A stretch of DNA of 64,000 nt from Armatimonadota bacterium. Lineage in GTDB: Bacteria > Armatimonadota > UBA5829 > DTLH01. The stretch spans positions 127,608 to 191,607 of the forward strand of contig JBDKUN010000059.1 of assembly GCA_039679675.1 (NCBI GenBank), given 5' to 3'. Shown piece after piece: positions 10,501 through 20,327 of the stretch. The first letter of the stretch is position 1. Every line of letters begins with the position of its first letter. The notes beneath the pieces were generated by a model. The model was given only the letters and a program-made list of their open reading frames with translations, ran no database searches and was not told the DNA's origin. The position numbers were made by a program, and so were the translations under genes.

Positions 10501-12160
10501 ATACGGACATGGCGTCTGCCTTGAACAGCAGAACTGGTTCGTGAAGGCCTTCTTGAACAGCGCCACCAGCCCCAATGGCAACTGGGAAGTTGCAGTTGAC
10601 ACAACTAGTGGCGGCCTTGGATATCCTGCAAGGATCACGATTCTGAGGACTGCTAACTACTACGATGCATACTATAATGGTAAATGGGCATTGACATCTC
10701 AATTAGGTTCTAAGCCTTATGGAGATACCGGATTTGTCGGTAAAATGCCTGTAGACACAAATACTGGTAAGCCATATCTCTCAGATAACACATACATTTA
10801 TCTGAATGGTTACGTTAGCACCACTAATGGCTTAGGTTACACCAAGGGATATTTCGATGAGGTAAGAGCTGGTGATGCAGTTCCTATGCCCGCATCGACA
10901 ATATCAGATGTAAGAAATAGTGATGCCAGCAGTAATAAACTCTACATTAAGGGTGGAATAGTAACTGCCAGCTTTGATGATTGCTACTTCATTGAGAACT
11001 CTGACCGTTCTGCAGGTATCAAGGTTATCTCTACCTCCAAGCCTGCCGTAGGTAAGAGAGTAGAAGTAATAGGAAACGTAGTAAAGGATAATAGAGAAGT
11101 AGCTATCAATCAGCAAGATCTGACAGTTAGCACAGATGCAACAGTTCCTCCTACCGTAGCAATAACAGGCAAGGTAGCAGGAGAGCTGGACAAAGCCGGA
11201 GCAGCCGCACAGGGACTTTATGTAAAGGTTGCCGGCAGAGTCACTGGAGTTACCTATGACACCACTGACACAACTAAGGTCAATGGATACTTCCTTGATG
11301 ACGGCTCAGGCCTGGCAGGAGACAACACAAACAAGGGACTCTACGTAAAAGTAGATCCTGTCTGGGGAGTCTCAGGTGCCATCAATGGTACATTCAAGAC
11401 TGCAGAAGGGGTTCTGACTGTTACAACAGCGGGAGGAAACATTATTCCTTGCGTAAGAACTACAAAATCCGATGTAGCAGAGCCTGCAACATATACAGCC
11501 TATAATGACTGTGGATTTAGAATTGGTTTCTCCTCATCACCGGATGACACCAATGTGACACTCTACCACATAGGAACACCTAGTCCGACTGGTGCTCCAG
11601 CTTCACCAAAGTATGCTACAAGCGGATATCTTTTCGACTATGACACAGGCAATCAGCTTCCTATACTTGCAACGTTTACCTGCACCAGTGTTAGCGCTAC
11701 AACTTGGAATGATGGTAGCAATGCTTGCGGAGCTGATGCCGCTGCTGGCACGGATGCTTACAATGTCTTCTATGGCAAAGTTAACCTGCTTGGATTCGTT
11801 GCTGTAGCCTACCCGAATACAGTAACCATTACTTTCAGCGGGCTCAATCCTAATGGATTGTATGAGTTTGCAACCACAGGAAACAGAGGTGGTGCTGCTA
11901 CTGATGCCAACCGACCAACTAAGTACACGATCAGTGGTGCTCTAGCTTACACAAATACCGGTAGTATTACAGGGACAGGCGTTACATACGGTAACGACTG
12001 GATCACCTTCGACACAAGGAAGAATGTTACTCAAGGATACATCGCAAGATGGACAAATATCCAGCCTTCCGCTAATGGAACATTCTCCATAACCACGCAA
12101 TCAACTACTAATACTACTGTCTATCCGTTGAATGCATTCATGCTGAAGAAACTTCAGTAA
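7535..12160 (+). CDS. Giant secreted surface protein (about 1541 aa) with at least three CarboxypepD_reg-like beta-sandwich modules and a LamG/ConA-like module; Thr/Ser/Asn-rich
   Basis: The ORF track starts at 7481. The in-frame ATG at 7535 has a perfect AGGAGG RBS 8 nt upstream and opens a signal peptide MRRSSYAASAIKSPLVVLAIVALILCAGVSYAQ. Repeats such as GKVTDASNANRTVNGAMVRLWV...GEYAFSNVPAGTAKLSV, AAVTLAGIGSGTTDVDGNCTFASVPGDTYTVTV and RVVVTDSDGNTNTAAADATGAYSI are CarboxypepD_reg-like. The segment DDFSGTDLDTSKWQLYNVG... is LamG/GH16-like. No sortase or C-terminal sorting signal is seen. Confidence 0.65.
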   Translation: MRRSSYAASAIKSPLVVLAIVALILCAGVSYAQLIGTPVWSDYHYYVNVDVNTGNCARTATPVELKINFTNYLNGTTFDPNSVRVAEFATKNDRTSSLNPVEIWSQFDQESGFDPAANAVGEVVWILRGDYGHTNTTLDASINPSNKTRYYRVYFDNTNNTKDATTYPTDLSYNVDPTNTSLVDITNHFYTAGIWAAKDSIYKLLNAQNGANLWTSTTDSSTGCGMYWSNTMFNAASGEAAAQQWANAVSLATSASANKAIRVTYKSTKTVNVNSSPCTFDTVRKFYSGVPYFKEDTTFTAPSNYNLWHNLQLRWNDNGSNKRTRVIETTEPSPIDPSVNMPAGMIYDYATDITNGIGGIGQLFAGYSMPQTIGTYSSTDLLYSAYYNYTYGGCWRNIGPYTPLYLSHATMVNSGADDASAKAEVETALVDYSTPVEVMITGSSTNSTSYGAIKGKVTDASNANRTVNGAMVRLWVNNTYLGKTYTSARGEYAFSNVPAGTAKLSVKTDGYETLVVSNVAITAGTVTTDNISLPSIIFDTTKSTNLWAASTTHKWQLVLDADVKQINADPSTTTQAEINAFAGPTTEAATTDVSVPNAASAMGFFPYGWDDLQTTDKVYGWYRTTVNIPSSWTAAKTLRLRDFVVSDSCEVYFNGNLVGKAGAFGSADITGTPLSFVIPASYVNTGSGATNVLAIKVYDNTSTGGIYAGGPTLEVAPDVASVTVNVKGPQTLGGSALPIQGAAVTLAGIGSGTTDVDGNCTFASVPGDTYTVTVNHPDYGTTTATADVPESGSTTVPVTYDSFLCTVKGTVTRYGTPLAYARVVVTDSDGNTNTAAADATGAYSIKGNKVGSSTITVNALNAVPVTNQPIQLQAMTVTLDNIDLAYATLPVYDDFSGTDLDTSKWQLYNVGTPTDGSIPVDSTYSLADGILTLTPAPGRGGLLSKTSMIPANGVGAYEVAFNQKATGTNQGFALLDPTLDDPTNIKYVSYGHGVCLEQQNWFVKAFLNSATSPNGNWEVAVDTTSGGLGYPARITILRTANYYDAYYNGKWALTSQLGSKPYGDTGFVGKMPVDTNTGKPYLSDNTYIYLNGYVSTTNGLGYTKGYFDEVRAGDAVPMPASTISDVRNSDASSNKLYIKGGIVTASFDDCYFIENSDRSAGIKVISTSKPAVGKRVEVIGNVVKDNREVAINQQDLTVSTDATVPPTVAITGKVAGELDKAGAAAQGLYVKVAGRVTGVTYDTTDTTKVNGYFLDDGSGLAGDNTNKGLYVKVDPVWGVSGAINGTFKTAEGVLTVTTAGGNIIPCVRTTKSDVAEPATYTAYNDCGFRIGFSSSPDDTNVTLYHIGTPSPTGAPASPKYATSGYLFDYDTGNQLPILATFTCTSVSATTWNDGSNACGADAAAGTDAYNVFYGKVNLLGFVAVAYPNTVTITFSGLNPNGLYEFATTGNRGGAATDANRPTKYTISGALAYTNTGSITGTGVTYGNDWITFDTRKNVTQGYIARWTNIQPSANGTFSITTQSTTNTTVYPLNAFMLKKLQ

Positions 12161-12175
12161 TCGACTACTCAATAT

Positions 12176-12250
12176 GATGCTTTCTTAAGAAGCATCATCT
12201 GTTAGAGAAAAGGCCGTTCGGGATAAGTCCCGAGCGGCCTTTTCCGGTAT
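12176..12250 (+). terminator. Tandem hairpins downstream of the giant gene (likely intrinsic terminator)
   Basis: Perfect palindrome GATGCTTTCTTAAGAAGCATC at 12176-12196. A second hairpin aaaGGCCGTTCGGGataagtCCCGAGCGGCCtttt at 12209-12244 is followed by a short T tract. Confidence 0.45.
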
Positions 12251-12296
12251 GCTTGGGGTTTTTACTGGCTATTTGCCTGGTTAGGGGTTGAACCTT

Positions 12297-12821
12297 ATGC
12301 CGCGCAATGGTAGCATGGGTAAGATAAATACAAAGCTTTATGTGAGGCAAGATCAAATGGCAAAAGACAGGCGTCTGAACCTGGATCAGATAGACGACGA
12401 TAATAGCAGCCTAATCAATAAAGACCTGCTGAAGGACGTGATGGAAGCAACCGAGCACGCAAAACGCCAGAAAGCTGACGACAAGGCACGCGACCAGAAG
12501 CAACAGACCCAGGCCAAAGACCAGAAAACAATGATCGCCATAATTTCCGTGGCGACTATCATCATATTCGCTATAGCCTATTGGATGATCTTTATGAGAC
12601 AAGCGCCGCAGCAGGCCATCCAGGCGCCTCCACCATCCCACCAACAGGCAGCGCCAGTACAACAATCCGCGCCACCTCAAAACCAGCCGAATATGGGCAA
12701 CAGCCGGCCTATACCGAATGCGCCAAACAATAATGGCAAAGCGCCTATCGTATCCGACCCTGTCCGCCCTAACGCATCAGATACATATGGAGATCCTCAG
12801 GATACAGGCGGGGGACTGTAA
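12297..12821 (+). CDS. Hypothetical single-pass membrane protein with charged N-terminal region and Pro/Gln-rich C-terminal tail
   Basis: Lys/Asp/Gln-rich N-terminal 80 aa, one TM helix (MIAIISVATIIIFAIAYWMIF), then a PQ-rich low-complexity tail. The track starts at TTG 12288. ATG 12297 has an AGGGG RBS 8 nt upstream. No recognisable family. Confidence 0.35.
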   Translation: MPRNGSMGKINTKLYVRQDQMAKDRRLNLDQIDDDNSSLINKDLLKDVMEATEHAKRQKADDKARDQKQQTQAKDQKTMIAIISVATIIIFAIAYWMIFMRQAPQQAIQAPPPSHQQAAPVQQSAPPQNQPNMGNSRPIPNAPNNNGKAPIVSDPVRPNASDTYGDPQDTGGGL

Positions 12822-13721
12822 TCACCTGAATATTTGAAGCAGCGTGTAAAGCATCAATGTGATCTGAGTTGCATTGCCAATCGACATTTTTCGCTTCTGG
12901 TGCGTTTGCAATTGCGGTATAAATGCAACATCTCCACATTCGACTTTTGTCGCCTGCCTTATGCTCGCGCTGGATGCATCTACAATTCGTGTAGGCCGGT
13001 CTATCCCTTCAAGAGGTGATATTCTGACATTCTTCATGTTGGCTTTTGAGGTAATTCCGCCGGCAGCCTGTATCAGCGCTTCAAGATTATCGGATTTTCC
13101 TGTTATGAGGTTGTAAGTGCCGGGTTGATTGATCTCGCCTGTCACCGATGCCTGATATTCCGGGACTGTCACTATATCGTCTGGTTCCAGCGGAAGTGCA
13201 GATGACAGCTTATCGAGGTTAGCGCTGATCTTTTTACCGTTTCTGGTGACATATGTGGCTTCACGGGCACCTTTCTCGTCTTCTCCGCCCGCAAGCGTCA
13301 GCGCATCAGACGCCGTCATCCCACGATTCAGGTTGTACTCACCAGGAACCTTAACATGGCCTTCGACCCGTATACTTGCGGGCTTTATTATGATCGTATC
13401 ACCCGCTGAAAGCGTAATGGTCTCTTCACCGGACAGGATTGCCTGCAAATTGATGGCAGTCTTATCGTTTTTTGCACTCACAAGTACTGCGGATGTTTTT
13501 TCGTAGCTGTTCTGGAGTCCGCCTGCGAGTTCGATTGCATCTTTTGCCGTCATTCCGGCCTTGAAAGGATATTCACCAGGCTTGTTAACGGAACCCATGA
13601 CAGATATATGTGCTGATGACGGCTGCTGGGCTGATACAGGTATCGATAACATGGTCAGGAAGACCGCCAGCATAGCTGCTATAACAGTAAAAGATGATAT
13701 ATCACTGGAAATGCGTCTCAT
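12822..13721 (-). CDS. Secreted SLBB-domain protein (polysaccharide export / Wza-like periplasmic domains)
   Basis: Signal peptide followed by three repeats of the SLBB pattern (PGEYPFKAGMTAKDAIELAGG; PGEYNLNRGMTASDALTLAGG; PGTYNLITGKSDNLEALIQAAGG). Confidence 0.5.
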   Translation of the reverse strand: MRRISSDISSFTVIAAMLAVFLTMLSIPVSAQQPSSAHISVMGSVNKPGEYPFKAGMTAKDAIELAGGLQNSYEKTSAVLVSAKNDKTAINLQAILSGEETITLSAGDTIIIKPASIRVEGHVKVPGEYNLNRGMTASDALTLAGGEDEKGAREATYVTRNGKKISANLDKLSSALPLEPDDIVTVPEYQASVTGEINQPGTYNLITGKSDNLEALIQAAGGITSKANMKNVRISPLEGIDRPTRIVDASSASIRQATKVECGDVAFIPQLQTHQKRKMSIGNATQITLMLYTLLQIFR

Positions 13722-13841
13722 AGCTTCCTCCTATAGATTTCGGTATTACCGAAAATCTTCCGGGTCTGAAACTTATTCAGGCCAAATCGCACTGTTTCTT
13801 TATAGCACAACTTACCCTGCAATTGGAAGCAAACAGGCGTA

Positions 13842-15257
13842 TTATTCCACGCTTATCACCCGTATGAGACTCGTGTTTCCCGGAACTCCTACAGGCACTC
13901 CGGCTGTCACGACTACTGTGTCCCCCGGACGGACTACCCCGGCTTTTCTGGCAGACCTCACCGCGACATAGATAAGGTCGTCTGTACTGTCCGATGCAGG
14001 GACAGAGAGCGGCATAACGCCCCACGAAAGTGTCAACTGCCCAACTGCTTCAGGTCTCGATACGGCGGCCACGATCAGCGAAGAAGTCCTGTATTTGGAT
14101 ACAAGCCGTGCGGTAGTCCCTGTAGCGGTGCATGTAACGACTGCAGCTACTTTTAGGTCAGCAGCGAGCTCAGCGCTTGCCTGGCCTATCGCCTCAGTCA
14201 CACTCCTTGCAGGCATAGCGGTCCTCTCTCTCAGTTCCTCGGTATATGAGATCGACCGCTCTGCGCGCCTTGCGATTCTGGCCATCATTCTTACCGATTC
14301 TACCGGATAATCACCTGCTGCTGTTTCTCCTGAGAGCATTGTCGCATCTGTACCATCTAGAATCGCATTAGCGACATCCGATGCTTCGGCTCTTGTCGGC
14401 CTGGGGTTGGATATCATCGAGTCCAACATCTGTGTTGCAGTAATTACAGGTTTTCCTGCTGCATTACACTTCTTGATAATAGACTTTTGGATGATCGGCA
14501 CATCATAAATGGCGAGTTCTATGCCCAGATCGCCTCGCGCGACCATTATCCCATCAAACGCATCGATAATCTCATCAATTGCAGCTACTGCTTCAGGGCG
14601 CTCTATCTTCGCTATAAGCGGCCTTTTGATCCCTACACGGCTCATCACTTCATCCGCTGCTGCTCTATCATTCGGAGTCCTTACGAAAGATACAGCCACC
14701 CAGTCCACGCCATGCTTCAACCCGAACTCCAGGTCCGATATGTCCTTCTCAGTGAGTGCGGCTGCGCAAAGCCTGGTACCTGGAACGCTTACGCCTTTTC
14801 TCGAGCTAAGTTCCCCGCCTATCACCACTCTCGTGACTATGTCTGTATCAGTTTTTGAGATAACCCTGAACTGCAGCCTCGCGTCATCGACAAAGATCGT
14901 GCTGCCCTTCTTTACCTGCTCGACAAACTCCGGGTAAGGAAGCGTGACTTCTTTTTCGTTCCCTTCAACCTCGTGAGTTGTGAATACAAACTTCCGGCCT
15001 TCGACCATGTTAACGCTCTTAGCGGCAATCTTCCCCAGCCTGATCTTTGGGCCTGACAAATCCTGCAATATCCCCACAGGCTGGCCGAGCGATGCTGAAA
15101 GTGAGCGTATCATCTCTATACGTTCGGCATGCTCTTCCTGTGTCCCATGCGAGAAATTAAGCCGGGCGACGTTCATCCCGGCCTTTATCAGGTTTTTCAA
15201 GCACTCTTCAGAGGAGCACGCTGGTCCGATTGTGCAAACGATCTTTGTTTTTCTCAT
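13842..15257 (-). CDS. pyk: Pyruvate kinase
   Basis: MRKTKIVCTIGPA...NVARLNFSHG...MVARGDLGIE motifs across the full length. Confidence 0.9.
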   Translation of the reverse strand: MRKTKIVCTIGPACSSEECLKNLIKAGMNVARLNFSHGTQEEHAERIEMIRSLSASLGQPVGILQDLSGPKIRLGKIAAKSVNMVEGRKFVFTTHEVEGNEKEVTLPYPEFVEQVKKGSTIFVDDARLQFRVISKTDTDIVTRVVIGGELSSRKGVSVPGTRLCAAALTEKDISDLEFGLKHGVDWVAVSFVRTPNDRAAADEVMSRVGIKRPLIAKIERPEAVAAIDEIIDAFDGIMVARGDLGIELAIYDVPIIQKSIIKKCNAAGKPVITATQMLDSMISNPRPTRAEASDVANAILDGTDATMLSGETAAGDYPVESVRMMARIARRAERSISYTEELRERTAMPARSVTEAIGQASAELAADLKVAAVVTCTATGTTARLVSKYRTSSLIVAAVSRPEAVGQLTLSWGVMPLSVPASDSTDDLIYVAVRSARKAGVVRPGDTVVVTAGVPVGVPGNTSLIRVISVE

Positions 15258-15274
15258 GGATTTTTAGTCTTCCT

Positions 15275-15345
15275 AAAACGCGAAGGGAGCCACATGGCTC
15301 TTTTATTCACTCCATTGTGGCTCCCATACATTAATATAAGCTTAA
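15275..15345 (-). terminator. Hairpin cluster downstream of eno (putative terminator between eno and pyk)
   Basis: GGGAGCCACA...TGTGGCTCCC (10-bp stem) with an embedded GAGCCACATGGCTC palindrome. On the minus strand it is followed by TTCGCGTTTT. Confidence 0.35.
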
Positions 15346-15355
15346 TTCGGGCTTA

Positions 15356-16672
<1,317 letters not shown>

Positions 16673-16859
16673 TTAATAAAAAGTGCATCCCTGATTATGG
16701 ATACACTAAACTTTATCCTGCCCAAAAGTTATTCGATTATAACAGACGAGAGGGCTTAAAGTAAACCGCAGTTTAGAACAATAAAGATTAGTTCAACCAC
16801 TTTATTTATATGCTAATATATAGCAACTGAACTTATATAATCCACTTTGGAGCTTAAAT

Positions 16860-19202
16860 ATGCGCGTTATAATCAAAGAAGAACCCTTTATTGATCCCGC
16901 CAAACACTGGGCTCAAAGAGGCTATTGGCCTGCCAGGGTTATCTCTCATCCCGAAGTAACTACTGATAAATCATCCGTAATGGCATACCGCCGGTGCTTC
17001 AACCTGCCACAGAACACGAAATTGCGGATTCATGTTACTGCAGATGAGCGGTACGAACTGTTTCTCGACGGCAATCGAATAGGCCGCGGCCCGGAGCGCG
17101 GTGACAGAGATAACTGGTTCTACGAGACATACGATCTGGTTCTCTCTGCAGGAAAACACATGCTGGTTGCACGCACCTGGTGGCTAAGCCCTGACAGTCC
17201 AGCACCGTATGCACAAGTGATGGTCCAGCCGGGGTTCGTCCTTGCTGCAGAAGGAGTCGAACCGGATATTCTAAACACAGGTGTTGCCGAATGGAACACT
17301 AAGATCATCGGCGGATATTCAACTGTTTGCCCTGAAGGCGCAGCCTGGGGAGCCGGTGCAAAGGTACATATAAGAGGCAATGAGTTCGCCTGGGGGTTCG
17401 AAAATGGCGACGGTGACGGTTGGGTCTCTGCAAAAACAATATGCCGTGTAGCTGCAGCATCGTATGCAAACGAATATCCCCATATCTGGATGCTTCGCCC
17501 GGCGGTACTTCCACCGATGATGGAAGAACCCCGAAAAGTAGGAGTAGTGAGGCATATTCAGAAAGTCGATACCGAAGATACTTCCCATATCTGTGTTACA
17601 AGTGCCGACAACATTCCATCTGAAGCAGAAGACTGGAATAAACTTCTTAAGGGCGCAGGCACGGTTATTATTCCGAATAACACCATGCGCCGCGTTATAA
17701 TCGACCTGGAAAACTACTATACAGCCTATCCTGAGATTACCGTATCGGAAGGAAAAGGCTCAAAAATCAGGATACTCTGGGCTGAGGCGCTATACCTCGA
17801 CATAGACAATAGAAGTCTAGGAAAAGGGAACCGCAACGAGGTAGAAGGAAAATACTTCTTCGGAATGGGTGACACTTTCGAACCGGACGGAGGTAAATCC
17901 CGAAGGTTCGACACCCTCTGGTGGGAAGCCGGGCGCTACCTGGAGATTTTCATATCGACGGCTGATCAGCCGCTTGTAATCGAGGACTTTACGCTCCGCG
18001 AGACTCATTATCCTTACGATTTTAAGAGTAAATTTGACGCAAGTGACAACAGACTTGCCGAGGTTGTTCCAATTGCATTGAGAACCCTTGAAATGTGCTC
18101 TCACGAGACCTATATGGACTGTCCGTATTACGAACAGTTGATGTATGTGGGCGATACCAGACTTGAAGTGCTGACTTCGTATGCTACGACCCGCGATGAC
18201 CGCCTTCCAAAGAAAGCACTTTTGATGTTCGACCGCTCTCGAAGGTTATCCGGGCTTACGCAGTCCCGCTATCCGAGCAGGGTGACGCAGATAATCCCGC
18301 CGTTTTCGCTCTGGTGGGTCGGGATGGTCCACGATTTTGCGATGTGGAGAGACGACCCTGAGTTCGTCAAAAGCCTTATCCCCGGCATAAGGACTGTAAT
18401 TGACGCATTTATCGGTTATATCAACGCAGACGGGCTTGTAGAAGGCCCCAGAGGATGGAACTTCACGGACTGGGTGCCGAACTGGTGGGATGGTATCCCG
18501 CCGGACGGACACCTGGGAGTGAGCGGGATTCTCAACTGGCAGACCGCGCTGATACTCGGCCTTGCTGCGGAGTTGGAGAACACCTTCGGGGACCCGGAAA
18601 TCGCCCAGAGGAACCTTAGGATGCGGGACAGGATATCCGCAACATCCAAAGAGGTATTCTGGGACAATGACCGAGGTATATTCGCCGACGATCTTTCGAA
18701 GGAGCACTACAGCGAGCATTCTCAGTGCCTCGCACTCCTTGGGGGAACTGTAGATGGCTACAAACGCGACAGAATGATCGAGGGACTCCTGACTGACCCT
18801 AATCTGGAGCGGACGACCATCTATTTCAGCCATTATCTCTTCGAGACTTACCGGCTGATAGGAAGAATAGATAAACTCTTTGAGCGTATGGGCCTATGGT
18901 TCGATCTAAAGGGTCAAGGCTTCAAGACAACGCTTGAAAAACCGGAGCCGAGCCGCTCTGATTGCCACGCATGGGGCGCACATCCGGTATATCACTACTT
19001 CGCCTCAGTGCTTGGAATCCGGCCTGCATCGCCAGGGTTCAAGACGGTCAAAATAGAGCCGCAGCTAGGGCATCTGAGCTATGCGAAAGGCGAGATGGTG
19101 CATCCTAAAGGGATGATCAAGGTGGAAGTCGAGCAGAAAGACGGTAAGATTTCGAGCAATATAGCACTACCTGATGGGATCGAACTGGTATCAAATACTT
19201 AA
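16860..19202 (+). CDS. Putative six-hairpin glycoside hydrolase (GH78 alpha-L-rhamnosidase-like)
   Basis: METYMDCPYYEQLMYVGDTRLEVL resembles the GH78 catalytic-domain motif (DCP-x-RE-x-LGW-x-GD) and the overall length fits. There is a TATAAT at 16836-16841 and a GGAG RBS 7 nt before the ATG. The family call is tentative. Confidence 0.45.
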   Translation: MRVIIKEEPFIDPAKHWAQRGYWPARVISHPEVTTDKSSVMAYRRCFNLPQNTKLRIHVTADERYELFLDGNRIGRGPERGDRDNWFYETYDLVLSAGKHMLVARTWWLSPDSPAPYAQVMVQPGFVLAAEGVEPDILNTGVAEWNTKIIGGYSTVCPEGAAWGAGAKVHIRGNEFAWGFENGDGDGWVSAKTICRVAAASYANEYPHIWMLRPAVLPPMMEEPRKVGVVRHIQKVDTEDTSHICVTSADNIPSEAEDWNKLLKGAGTVIIPNNTMRRVIIDLENYYTAYPEITVSEGKGSKIRILWAEALYLDIDNRSLGKGNRNEVEGKYFFGMGDTFEPDGGKSRRFDTLWWEAGRYLEIFISTADQPLVIEDFTLRETHYPYDFKSKFDASDNRLAEVVPIALRTLEMCSHETYMDCPYYEQLMYVGDTRLEVLTSYATTRDDRLPKKALLMFDRSRRLSGLTQSRYPSRVTQIIPPFSLWWVGMVHDFAMWRDDPEFVKSLIPGIRTVIDAFIGYINADGLVEGPRGWNFTDWVPNWWDGIPPDGHLGVSGILNWQTALILGLAAELENTFGDPEIAQRNLRMRDRISATSKEVFWDNDRGIFADDLSKEHYSEHSQCLALLGGTVDGYKRDRMIEGLLTDPNLERTTIYFSHYLFETYRLIGRIDKLFERMGLWFDLKGQGFKTTLEKPEPSRSDCHAWGAHPVYHYFASVLGIRPASPGFKTVKIEPQLGHLSYAKGEMVHPKGMIKVEVEQKDGKISSNIALPDGIELVSNT

Positions 19203-19349
19203 GGCTGAAAAGTTGTCGAAAACTCGTGGGTATATGGGGCGAACTGCGATCCCGGAAGATACGAACAGATAGCAAGGGGCATGGATGCCCTGGAGAATGG
19301 GGACCGGGGGATCATGCCCCGGTCCATCAAGATCGCCGAAAGCTAATAG

Positions 19350-20327
19350 CTATCTCGGCACTTCGACTGCTGCGAGGATATTCGTGACTATCCTGTCGGC
19401 TGTAAGGCCTTCTATTTCTGCTTCCGGGCGAAGAATCAGCCTGTGGCGAAGAACTGCGGGCGCTAAGGACTTTATATCATCCGGTATCACGAAGTTCCTG
19501 CCTCTCATTGCAGCTAGAGATTTCCCTGCAAGAAGAAGTGTGATGGATGCGCGCGGGCTGGCTCCCAGAATCAAATTCCTGTCCTGCCTTGTCCGATATA
19601 CAATCTCCCCGATGTAGCGGATAATCGGCTCATCCACGACAACTTTGCTGATTTCCTCGCGGCAGGCGGCAAGATCTGCCTCGCTCACGACAGCGTGGAC
19701 ACCTGCATCTTCGATTTTTATCGGCCTGAACCCTGCATTGTAGTTCTGGAGGATTTTATGCTCTTCGGCTGAATCGGGGTAATCCACCAGAACCTTCATC
19801 ATAAACCTGTCGAGCTGAGCTTCGGGAAGCGGATAAGTTCCCTCATATTCTATAGGGTTTTGCGTTGCCAGCACCATAAAAAGCGGTGGAAGCGGATACG
19901 GCTCTCCGTCTATCGTCACTTTCCGCTCTTCCATTGCCTCCAGAAGCGCTGCCTGTGTCTTAGGCGGCGTCCTGTTGATCTCATCGGCAAGGAGAACGTT
20001 CGTAAACACCGGCCCGCGCCGCATCCTGAACTCTCCCTGTGTAGGGTCGTATACATTCGTCCCGATTACATCCGACGGCATCAGGTCCGGGGTGAACTGC
20101 ACCCGTTTGAAGTCTGCCGAGACAACATGCGAAAGGGTTCTGACGAGCAATGTCTTAGCTATCCCCGGAACACCCTCCAGAAGGACGTGGCCTTCCGCAA
20201 AAAGAGCAACTATCACCTGCTCGATTATGTCTTCCTGACCCACAACAACTTTCCGAAGCTCCTCGCGAATACTATCGGCGGTCGCTGCTACTTTATTATT
20301 TGCTTGTGTTTGATCGGGCAATTCCAA
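19350..20327 (-). CDS. moxR: MoxR-family AAA+ ATPase
   Basis: VVGQEDIIEQVIVALFAEGHVLLEGVPGIAKT (Walker A), LLADEINRTPPKTQAALLEAM (Walker B/sensor) and VLATQNP are diagnostic MoxR signatures. Confidence 0.85.
   Translation of the reverse strand: MELPDQTQANNKVAATADSIREELRKVVVGQEDIIEQVIVALFAEGHVLLEGVPGIAKTLLVRTLSHVVSADFKRVQFTPDLMPSDVIGTNVYDPTQGEFRMRRGPVFTNVLLADEINRTPPKTQAALLEAMEERKVTIDGEPYPLPPLFMVLATQNPIEYEGTYPLPEAQLDRFMMKVLVDYPDSAEEHKILQNYNAGFRPIKIEDAGVHAVVSEADLAACREEISKVVVDEPIIRYIGEIVYRTRQDRNLILGASPRASITLLLAGKSLAAMRGRNFVIPDDIKSLAPAVLRHRLILRPEAEIEGLTADRIVTNILAAVEVPR

Noticed and set aside
12279-12296. TTG start of ORF-track entry 12288..12821 (MNLM...)
   Set aside because: ATG 12297 three codons downstream has a better-spaced G-rich RBS. 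The difference is immaterial to function.
14487-14937. Plus-strand ORFs 14487..14858 and 14509..14937
   Set aside because: Antisense to pyruvate kinase, which has an unambiguous full-length match. Shadow ORFs.
19295-19330. GC-rich hairpins (GGGCATGGATGCCC; GGACCGGGGGatcatGCCCCGGTCC) between convergent GH78-like and moxR genes
   Set aside because: Strong stems but no adjoining U-tract on either strand. Possibly a bidirectional termination or RNA-stability element, but not callable as an intrinsic terminator.
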